From a bacterium (GTDB lineage: Archaea > Thermoplasmatota > E2 > JACPAO01 > JAHFTW01): a stretch of 64,000 bases of DNA. Under the pieces are notes generated by a model, which was given only the letters and a program-made list of their open reading frames with translations, searched no databases and had not been told where the DNA came from. The stretch lies in the NCBI GenBank assembly GCA_040390065.1, contig JAZJZE010000005.1, positions 245,170 to 309,169 on the forward strand. Direction: 5' to 3'. Below, in pieces: positions 56,670 through 64,000 of the stretch (within the stretch, counting starts at the first letter, position 1; the number at the start of each line of letters is the position of its first letter). A program made the translations under genes and the position numbers.

Positions 56670-57808
56670 CGGCGCCGCGCGAGGACCACGAGGGCGACGG
56701 CGAGGACGTTGAGTGCGAATTCGATGCCGGGAGAGGCCTTGGAGGAACCGCCCGTGTCGCCTTCACGCGTGAAGCCGTTGTCGTCGGTCGTCGTGGCCGG
56801 CTGCGTCGTGTCGCCGCTGGGGCCGCCGCTTGGGCCCGTCGTCGGCGGCGGGGCCGTCTTGATGACGTCGATGGACACGTCCACCGTCTTGTTGGCGCCG
56901 GCCGTGCTCGTGACCTTGACCTTGAACGGCACGTGCGTGCCGCCCGTCGCGGTCGACGAGATCGTGACCTTGAGGACCGTCGGCGTCGAAGCGTCCTTGG
57001 CGATGTCACCAGTCAGCGGGTTGAATGCCGCCGTGTAGCCATTAGGAAGGCCCACGGTGGACATGGTGAACTTGGTCGCAGCGCCGAGATTCTTCACGGT
57101 CAGGTTGTAGAAGCCCGATTCGCCGGGCGGAGCCGACGCAGACGTCTTGGCAGCCACGAGGTCGAGCGCCTCGCCTCCGACGGCTTGGACGGCGCCCGGG
57201 ATCCCCGTTGCGGTGAGCGCCGACGTCGTGGCACCCGTCATGATGACGATGTTGTTGGCCGCGGCATTGGATGGCGGGTTCTCGGAGAAGACGATGATGC
57301 CAGTCGAGACGATTTGCCCGGACCTCACTTCGGTTCCGGCGGAGCCGACGACGGGGATGTCGACTTGCACTGAGCCGCCCGGGATACAGGTGGCCGGCGG
57401 CAGGTACAGGACGAACGGGTCGCCGGAGTTGGAGATCTCCGTCCCGTCGAGGTACACGTGGCCGTCGACCTCGATGGCCGCCCACGCAGCCGTGCAGCCG
57501 AGAAGGGCGTGGATGGTGATGTCGCCCGTGAACGTGAAGTCCTGGGTCGCCGTGTAGTCCCAGTAGTTGTAACACGAGTCGGCGCCATACGAGGCGGCCG
57601 CGGCAGCGGTCCCGGCCGGCGGCGCGGTCGTGGTTGCCTCGTAGTGGTTCTCGAAGACGGCCTCGGGGCAGGCCGCGTTCGCCGTGACCGTGCTCTTGAG
57701 CGTGCTACCGAAGTAGATCGCCCCCGCCGGCGCCTGCGCACCCGCGTGCGGGACGGAGACGGCCGCGAAGGCCAAAGCTAGAGCGAGGAGGAACCCACCT
57801 GTTCGCAT
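56660..57808 (-). CDS. Surface protein paralog 1 with PGF-CTERM-like tail
   Basis: Signal peptide, conserved Ig-like C-domain, SPGIEF-TM-RRR. Confidence 0.85.
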   Translation of the reverse strand: MRTGGFLLALALAFAAVSVPHAGAQAPAGAIYFGSTLKSTVTANAACPEAVFENHYEATTTAPPAGTAAAAASYGADSCYNYWDYTATQDFTFTGDITIHALLGCTAAWAAIEVDGHVYLDGTEISNSGDPFVLYLPPATCIPGGSVQVDIPVVGSAGTEVRSGQIVSTGIIVFSENPPSNAAANNIVIMTGATTSALTATGIPGAVQAVGGEALDLVAAKTSASAPPGESGFYNLTVKNLGAATKFTMSTVGLPNGYTAAFNPLTGDIAKDASTPTVLKVTISSTATGGTHVPFKVKVTSTAGANKTVDVSIDVIKTAPPPTTGPSGGPSGDTTQPATTTDDNGFTREGDTGGSSKASPGIEFALNVLAVALVVLARRRQP

Positions 57809-57851
57809 GGCTGGGGACTGTACCCCGACCCACTTCAAGGTTGCGGCATCG

Positions 57852-59027
57852 TTAGGCGACGCGGCGACGCATGGCGACGACGAGCATGCCGACGGCCAGG
57901 ACGTTGAGGGCGAACTCGATGCCGGGCGACTTCTTGGCCGTGCCCGTTTCGCCTTCGCCGGTGAAGCCTTCATCGGTCGTCTCGCCGCCGGGGCCGGTTC
58001 CGCCCGGGCCGGAGGTGCCGCCGGGGCCGGTCGTGCCGGGGCCGCCCGGCGTCTTTAGGACGTCGACTGCGAGGTCGATCGTCTTGTTGGCGCCGGCAGT
58101 GCTCGTAACCTTCACTTTGAAGGGAACGTGGGTGCCGCCGGTGGCCGAAGCCGGGATGGTGACCTTCAGGACCGTCGTCGCCGTCGAGTTGGCTGCCAGG
58201 TCGGCCGAGAGCGGGTTGAACGCCGCGGTGTAGCCGGTCGGCAGGCCCGTCGTCGACATGGTGTACTTGGTGGCCGTGCCCAGGTTCTTGACCGTGAGGT
58301 TGTAGAACGCCGGGTTGCCCGCGGGGGCGGAGGCGGCGGACTTGGCGGACGACAAGCCCACGGCCTCCGTGCCGACCTTGTTGATGGCCTCGACGATGAA
58401 GGCCGGATTCGTCATGGCGGAGGCCGCAGCCGCGGTTCCGGTGCTGACGTAGACCGTGCCTTCGGGGGCGGGTGGGCTGCCGTTCGGGGGGCTTGCCGTC
58501 TCGAAGAAGCCGGAGAGGCCGACGCTGACGAGGTCGCCAGCCACGAGGGGCGTGGTGTCGGCGGGGTCAAGGTCGACGCCGCTTGCCGTCAGCGAACCCG
58601 GCGTGCAGACGATCTGGTCGAACGTGTCGACGCGGGCGCCGAGGGCAGCGCCGTTGAGGTAGAGTTGCCAGCGCAGCGTGGTCGTGAGACCGCCGGCAGC
58701 TGCGGGGACGTCGCAGCCGATGTAGACGTTGACATGGACGACGGAGTCAAGCGTCGAGTCGCCGGTCATGGTGAACTCGAAGTAGATGGAGCAGAAGCTG
58801 AAGCCCGGGTTGGGGGCGTCCAGGTAGGCCTTGCCCTCGGTGGTTCCCGTAGGCGCGATGAGCGTCGTGCCGTAGTGGTTCTCGACAGGGCAGATGCCGC
58901 CGGCCGCGGGCGTGTTGGTCGCTGTGAAGTACACGTTGCCGGTCGCCGCTTGGGCGGTCGTCGTCTGCGTTGCGGCGAGCACTCCGAATGCCAGGAGCGC
59001 GGCCAACAGGATACCACTGGTTCGCAT
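57852..59027 (-). CDS. Surface protein paralog 2 with PGF-CTERM-like tail
   Basis: Same architecture as paralog 1. Confidence 0.85.
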   Translation of the reverse strand: MRTSGILLAALLAFGVLAATQTTTAQAATGNVYFTATNTPAAGGICPVENHYGTTLIAPTGTTEGKAYLDAPNPGFSFCSIYFEFTMTGDSTLDSVVHVNVYIGCDVPAAAGGLTTTLRWQLYLNGAALGARVDTFDQIVCTPGSLTASGVDLDPADTTPLVAGDLVSVGLSGFFETASPPNGSPPAPEGTVYVSTGTAAAASAMTNPAFIVEAINKVGTEAVGLSSAKSAASAPAGNPAFYNLTVKNLGTATKYTMSTTGLPTGYTAAFNPLSADLAANSTATTVLKVTIPASATGGTHVPFKVKVTSTAGANKTIDLAVDVLKTPGGPGTTGPGGTSGPGGTGPGGETTDEGFTGEGETGTAKKSPGIEFALNVLAVGMLVVAMRRRVA

Positions 59028-59076
59028 GCGAAAGCAGGTAGGCTGAGGGTTCTTCAACGTTGCGGCAACCCACTCT

Positions 59077-60249
59077 CTACTGGCGGCGTCGCAGGCCCAC
59101 GACGAGCAGTCCGACGGCGAGGATGTTGCCTGCGAACTCGATGCCGGGCGAGGCCTTCGACGAGCCGGCCGGGTTCTGGCCTTCGCTGGTGAAGCCATCG
59201 CCGGGCGTGGTGCCCGGGTCGGGTGATCCGCCGGGGCCAGGGCCGCCGCCCGGAGGTGTGGGCGTCGGGTTGGTCGCGGCCTTGAGGACGTCGAGCGAAA
59301 CGTCGATCGTCTTGTTGGCGCCGGCGGTGCCGACGACGCTGACCTTGAAAGGAACGTGGGTTCCGCCGCTCGCCGATGACGGCACGGTCACCTTGAGTTG
59401 CGAGGCGGCCGTCGTGTTGCCGGCGAGATTGCCCGTCAGGGGGTTGAAAGCGGCGGTGTAGCCGGACGGCAGACCGCTCGTGGACAGCGTGAACTTGGTT
59501 GCCGTGCCCAGGTTCTTGATGGTGAGGTTGTACAAGGCGGAATTGCCGGGCAGGGCCGAAGCCGTGCTCTTCGCGATGCCAAGGTTGAGCGACTCGGTGC
59601 CCACCACGGCCGGGGCGCCCGGGATGCCCATCGCGGTCAAGCCCGAAACCGAGACTGCGTCACCCGTTGCGATGAACAGGTTGCCCTGCGGCGACTGCGA
59701 GGGTGGATTGGCTGCGCCATAGATGTCGACGTTGATGTTGACGAGGTCGCCAGTCGCCACCTTGACGGGTGTCGTGGGCGTGACCGTGGCGGTCAGCTTC
59801 GTGTAAGCAGTTCCGCCGGAGCAGTTGACCTGGTCGAGGCCCTGGCCCGAGAACTGCGCCTTGCCACCGACAGAGACCGTGAAGTCCCATGAAGGAACGT
59901 CGCCGAGGACCGGCAACGTCTGGCCGGCGGGGACAACGGCGGGTTCGTCGCAGCCCACGTACATGGTGAAGACGATGGCGCCGCTCATGGAGAAGTCCTC
60001 GCTCGCCGTGTAGTCGAAGTTCGCCGCGCAGTTCGAGGTGCCAGCCTGGAGGCCCCAGTACGCCTTGCCCGCCGCAGGGATGGTCGTCTGCGCGGAGTAG
60101 AACGGCCCGGCGCACGGCGCCGTGGCCTTGGTGGCGGAGAGGGTCTTGTCGAAGTACAGCGTGCCTTCGCCGGCCGCTTGGGCCACGGGCATCACGTTCA
60201 GGACCGCAAGGCCCGCCAGGAGTGCAATCAGGACAACGCCGACACGCAT
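59077..60249 (-). CDS. Surface protein paralog 3 with PGF-CTERM-like tail
   Basis: Same architecture as paralog 1. Confidence 0.85.
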   Translation of the reverse strand: MRVGVVLIALLAGLAVLNVMPVAQAAGEGTLYFDKTLSATKATAPCAGPFYSAQTTIPAAGKAYWGLQAGTSNCAANFDYTASEDFSMSGAIVFTMYVGCDEPAVVPAGQTLPVLGDVPSWDFTVSVGGKAQFSGQGLDQVNCSGGTAYTKLTATVTPTTPVKVATGDLVNINVDIYGAANPPSQSPQGNLFIATGDAVSVSGLTAMGIPGAPAVVGTESLNLGIAKSTASALPGNSALYNLTIKNLGTATKFTLSTSGLPSGYTAAFNPLTGNLAGNTTAASQLKVTVPSSASGGTHVPFKVSVVGTAGANKTIDVSLDVLKAATNPTPTPPGGGPGPGGSPDPGTTPGDGFTSEGQNPAGSSKASPGIEFAGNILAVGLLVVGLRRRQ

Positions 60250-60310
60250 GAAGCCCAGGGGGGCGGGACCCATCTTCAAGACTATGGCTAAGTCGCCGAA
60301 ACTTGGGCGC

Positions 60311-61768
60311 CTACGCGCGCAATCCGACGAGGAGGCGGTGCTGCTGCACGACGGAGTCGACGGCGTGGGCGCCGGCGTTGACGCGGGCTTGGGCCTGGGC
60401 TTCCGTCATGCCGGGCCCCGTGATGCCGAGTCCGACCGGCTTCTCGACGTCGAATGCCAGGTCGGCAAGCTTCCGTGCCGTTTCGCGGGCGATGATGACG
60501 TCGTGCCCGGTCTCGCCCTGCACGACAGCTCCGACCACGACGAGGGCGTCGATGTCGTTGCGGCGCAGCAGGAGCTTAGCGGCGAGCGGCACGTCGAAGA
60601 CGCCGGGGACATGGTGGTGCGCCGCGATGGGCGCGCCGAGGATCTGGGCCCGCGCCTTAGCGGCTTCCGCCATGCGCGTCGTCGTGTCGAAATGGTAGTC
60701 GCTCTGCAGAATGGCGATGCGCGGGCTCGTTCCTCCGGGCTTGATGGGCGGGGCTCCGCTCGTGTGCGGCGTGCCAGACGTGCTGTGCTGAGCGTCAGCC
60801 GCGGCGTGCGTGGTCGGCGCGTGGCTGGGCGCTGCATGCGTCGGGGCCGGCGCGGCGCGGGGCACCTGCACGGCGGCAGGCGGGCGGGGGACGTACGGTG
60901 TGGCTGTCACAGGGACCTCGGCGGGGGCGGAAATGGTCGGAGCGGGACGGCTGGCGGCGGGTGGATGGGGCAACGGCGAGGCGCCGTGTACGGCGGGCGG
61001 AATCTCGGGGATGGGGGCGAAGATGTCCTCGCCTTCGGGATGCTCGACGACGGTCTTGCTCGGGCCGTACGCCGACGACTTGGACATGACGAGTTCGGGC
61101 GCCGAGGCGAGGTCCGCGGCTGCGTCGAGCACGGCTTGGTCCGCGACGGCGGCTTCGTGCGCGGCGACTTTTTCCTGCGCCGCTTTTTCCTCCGGGCTGC
61201 GCGGCGGCGGCGCCTCCTTCACCGGCATGACGCCGAAACGCTTGGGCGTCGCGACCTCGATGTCCGGCTCCTTCATCTTGGACAGGATCTCGTGCGCCTT
61301 CGGGGGCGGCGGCGGCTCGTGGCGGATTCCCTTGCCCGTCCGCGGATGCTCCTTCAGGTCCGGGCGCTGGTATTCCTCGAAGAGCGGATCTTCCGTGACC
61401 TTGACGGAGGGCGGCGGCGATGGCTTGTCGACGACGACCTTGGGATCGGCTGCGGCGACGGCAGGCATGCCGGGAAGCGGCGGCACCGGCCACGTCGACT
61501 TGGCCGTCGGCGCGCTGCGGGGGACCTCGGGGACGCCGATGCCCTTTGCCAAGTTGGCCTTGGTCAGCGGGGGCTGTGGGCCGCCGGCCGGGGGGAATTG
61601 GTAGCCCGCGGCGCGCAGGCCCTTGGACTTGGGCAGCGGGTTGCCGTGCTCGTCGAGCCGCGGCGGAGCCGTGTACTCGTCGAACTCGGCGGTGGTGTCC
61701 GTGATGGCGGGCTGGTCGCGCGGCGGCGGCTCCTTGCCGTGCGGCTCGGCGGCCTTGTCGTGTGCCAT
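60311..61768 (-). CDS. ribH: 6,7-dimethyl-8-ribityllumazine synthase with long Pro/Ala-rich N-terminal extension
   Basis: C-terminal VPGVFDVP, GAVVQGETGHD, KPVGLGITGPG; neighbours ribC and ribL. Confidence 0.88.
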   Translation of the reverse strand: MAHDKAAEPHGKEPPPRDQPAITDTTAEFDEYTAPPRLDEHGNPLPKSKGLRAAGYQFPPAGGPQPPLTKANLAKGIGVPEVPRSAPTAKSTWPVPPLPGMPAVAAADPKVVVDKPSPPPSVKVTEDPLFEEYQRPDLKEHPRTGKGIRHEPPPPPKAHEILSKMKEPDIEVATPKRFGVMPVKEAPPPRSPEEKAAQEKVAAHEAAVADQAVLDAAADLASAPELVMSKSSAYGPSKTVVEHPEGEDIFAPIPEIPPAVHGASPLPHPPAASRPAPTISAPAEVPVTATPYVPRPPAAVQVPRAAPAPTHAAPSHAPTTHAAADAQHSTSGTPHTSGAPPIKPGGTSPRIAILQSDYHFDTTTRMAEAAKARAQILGAPIAAHHHVPGVFDVPLAAKLLLRRNDIDALVVVGAVVQGETGHDVIIARETARKLADLAFDVEKPVGLGITGPGMTEAQAQARVNAGAHAVDSVVQQHRLLVGLRA

Positions 61769-61888
61769 CCCAACACTCGCCACGACGTCATCCCTTGAAG
61801 CCTTTCTGTTGGGCCGCCCGCATCGCGGCAAGACCGTTTCACCCACCCCATACAAACATGTTTATCGTGTAAAGAACTGTATGGCTTC

Positions 61889-62155
61889 ATGCAGATGCAG
61901 AGAGTTGATGTCAACGTCGGGACGCTGCACAACGTCGAGGAGGTCCTGCGGGCAGCCTCCGTTCCTGTCAGTCGGTACTTCATCCTGGAGCGACTGAAGG
62001 AAGCGGGTCGCGCCACAAACCAGCCCCGGCTGAACGTGGCCATCGCCTACCTCTGCAGTCACGAACTTGCCATCGAAGGTGAACGCGGCATCCAGTGGAC
62101 CCAATCCGGCTCGGCAGCGCTGCGGCGCGCGGCGGCGGCCGGCCGGCGGGTGTGA
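61889..62155 (+). CDS. Small winged-helix-like protein, putative antitoxin
   Basis: Helical pattern ending G.RGI.W; AT-rich promoter; upstream of a RelE-like gene. Confidence 0.6.
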   Translation: MQMQRVDVNVGTLHNVEEVLRAASVPVSRYFILERLKEAGRATNQPRLNVAIAYLCSHELAIEGERGIQWTQSGSAALRRAAAAGRRV

Positions 62156-62156
62156 C

Positions 62157-62501
62157 CTGGCCAGTTTCAGGGCCAGCGAGGTCGTCATCCACCCCGACCT
62201 CGACGCGGCCTTCCGGCGCATTGAAGCCGAAGCCGCCGCCGGGCGGCAACCGTCGGCCGCCATCTGGAAATCGCTCCTGACGGCCTTCCAGCGCGCCAAG
62301 ACGAGCGCACAGTTTGCCGACCCGATTCCACCGCGCCGGATTCCTGCGCATGTTCGGCGCTACGGGCTTGCCAACCTGTACTGCGTCGACTTGGCGGACT
62401 TCCATCGCGGGTTCTACACCCTCGAAGGCCGACGCGTCATCTTCCTCGATGTCGTCGACCACCGGCAGTACGACGAATGGTTCCCCAACAAGGGCCGCTG
62501 A
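62157..62501 (+). CDS. RelE/ParE-fold-like putative toxin (start uncertain)
   Basis: IP.R.IP...RYG..NLY..DL...HR.FYTL....V..LDV.DH..YD; only a CTG start is available near the upstream stop. Confidence 0.6.
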   Translation: MASFRASEVVIHPDLDAAFRRIEAEAAAGRQPSAAIWKSLLTAFQRAKTSAQFADPIPPRRIPAHVRRYGLANLYCVDLADFHRGFYTLEGRRVIFLDVVDHRQYDEWFPNKGR

Positions 62502-62502
62502 T

Positions 62503-63099
62503 TCAGCGCGACGCGGGCCGTAGGTGCCCGGTCTCGCGGCGCGCCGGGTCTGCGGAGCCGACATCGGAGAATCCTTGGCGCTGGCCGGTGCCGGCGCGGG
62601 CGACGAGCTCCTCGGGCTTCTCCAGGATCCAGTGCGCATTCACGGCGTGCTCGGCGACGCGGTTCTGCACGATGCGCAAAAGCTCGGCGTCGTCGCGGGC
62701 CTCGTCCATGTGGACGAAGACCTCGAGGATGTGCGTCGAGGTGAGCAGCTGGGCCTGCCCGACGGCGAGGCTCGACTCGTGGGCGCACTGCTTGTCGATG
62801 GGCTCCGGGCCGACCATGCCGCAGGCGAGCATGATGTTGCAGCCGCCCTCGATCATCTGCTTGGCGGCGACCGCGAGGTCCTTGAAACCCGGAACGGTGC
62901 GGCGCAGGATGCGGTTGTCGGCGATGCCGAGGCCCTGCAACGTACGCACCGCGATGTCGCCCATGTTGACGGTCGCGAACGTCGTGTCGACGATGCCGTA
63001 GCGCGGGCCCGTCGTCCCCATCGGGCGCGGCTGGGCCTTGTGGACCATGACCTTGGGGGGCGGACGGCTGCCGTCCTCGGGGCGCCAGATGAGGCTCAT
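62503..63099 (-). CDS. ribC: Archaeal riboflavin synthase
   Basis: GIVDTTFA.VNMG, TVPG.KDL, HILEVFVH.DE, AG.G.RQG. Confidence 0.95.
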   Translation of the reverse strand: MSLIWRPEDGSRPPPKVMVHKAQPRPMGTTGPRYGIVDTTFATVNMGDIAVRTLQGLGIADNRILRRTVPGFKDLAVAAKQMIEGGCNIMLACGMVGPEPIDKQCAHESSLAVGQAQLLTSTHILEVFVHMDEARDDAELLRIVQNRVAEHAVNAHWILEKPEELVARAGTGQRQGFSDVGSADPARRETGHLRPASR

Positions 63100-63224
63100 C
63101 GGGGATTGGACGGCGGCTGGGGAATGTAAAGGGTGAGGTTGGCGCCTGCGGCTGGAGGCGGCCGCGTATTGCGCCACGAGGACGGAATCGTAGCTTCTTT
63201 GCGGGCAGCGGACGTCGGGTCCAT

Positions 63225-63755
63225 GTGACGCTGCTAGCACAAGTCGGCGCGCCCGCCGGACAAGCCAACGTCGAATGGGTTGGGTGGATTATCGTTGCCG
63301 CCCTCGTCATGACGCTTCTTTGGCCCTGGTTCATCCTGGCTGCCCTGAACCGAATGAGCCGCGCCCAAGAGAGATTGGCAAGGGGCTTGACAAATGAGCC
63401 AGGGCGCCCGAGCCAGGCAGAAAGCATGGCGAGGATGGCACACGCGCTGGCGCGGCTGGCCGATGCCGAAGACCGGAAGGAGACGGCATTGGCCCGGCTG
63501 GCAGCTGCGCACGAGGCCCTGGCCCCCGCCCCCCGCGGAGAAAAGAGAAAAGGACCGGAAGCGGTGGCCGCAGTCCCCACCGTCCAACCAGACGCTGCAG
63601 CGAGCGCCGACCTGACGGACCCCCCGCTCCGACCGCGCCCGCAGTACGAGACTCCGAGCCACAAGCGCGCGATTGTAAGTTCAACGGATTGGGCCATCAT
63701 AGCGGGCATCTCGGGCGCTGCCTTGCTGTTCCTTTGGTGGCTTTTCCGCCACTAA
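63225..63755 (+). CDS. Hypothetical membrane protein
   Basis: N- and C-terminal TM segments. Confidence 0.55.
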   Translation: MTLLAQVGAPAGQANVEWVGWIIVAALVMTLLWPWFILAALNRMSRAQERLARGLTNEPGRPSQAESMARMAHALARLADAEDRKETALARLAAAHEALAPAPRGEKRKGPEAVAAVPTVQPDAAASADLTDPPLRPRPQYETPSHKRAIVSSTDWAIIAGISGAALLFLWWLFRH

Positions 63756-63762
63756 TGGTCGG

Positions 63763-64000
63763 TTAGCCCGCGGCCTTCCCCCCGTACAGGGTCTGCTCCG
63801 CCGCCCTCTCCGCCACTTTCTCGATGATCTTGCGCGTGCCATCCAAGTCGCCCAAATAATGGGGAAGCCGAACCACCTTGCACTTCCATCCGCGCTTCTC
63901 GCACTCCGCCGCGACCGCCGCTTCGTCGTACTTCTGGTCGAAGCCGAGGGCGATGATGTCGGGCTTGAGCTCGACGACGATGCGGTAGTAGTCGCCGCGG
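63763..64000 (-). CDS. ribL: FAD synthase (3' part; truncated by window)
   Basis: Own translation ...KPDIIALGFDQ...VVRL...DLDGTRKII..; rib gene context. Confidence 0.82.
   Translation of the reverse strand, partial: RGDYYRIVVELKPDIIALGFDQKYDEAAVAAECEKRGWKCKVVRLPHYLGDLDGTRKIIEKVAERAAEQTLYGGKAAG

Noticed and set aside
61770-61850. Possible displaced ribC 3' end (AQQKGFKG* versus GQRQGFSD)
   Set aside because: Similarity too weak to support.

Overview
High-GC archaeal genome window. Markers include rpl21e, rpo4, Pus10, ArcS/RaSEA, archaeal-type dtdA, ribC/ribH/ribL, PINA ATPase and proteasome subunits; a Thermoplasmatota-like affiliation is my inference. The left ~3.4 kb is the edge of an integrated element with two convergent serine recombinases next to the 3' end of initiator tRNA-Met. 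The rest is housekeeping genes (korAB, alaS, actinobacterial-type sdh operon, tRNA-modification/ribosomal cluster, riboflavin genes), many proteases and surface proteins, and small toxin-antitoxin-like inserts. The most striking signal is at three unlinked gene termini: the psmA 3' end, a glycosyltransferase 5' end and the DUF655 3' end. At each, a short hairpin-rich element separates two copies of the gene end that differ mostly or only by synonymous codons. Two of the elements share terminal motifs and the same AGG junction. This suggests a small mobile element family that replaces gene ends with recoded copies; I do not recognise it as a described family. Also notable are a divergent psmB-psmA operon, a lumazine synthase with a ~345-aa disordered N-terminal extension, a stop-codon-anchored 9-mer repeat family, and a tandem trio of variable-N/constant-C surface proteins. 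All calls are from motif recognition by eye; no searches were run.
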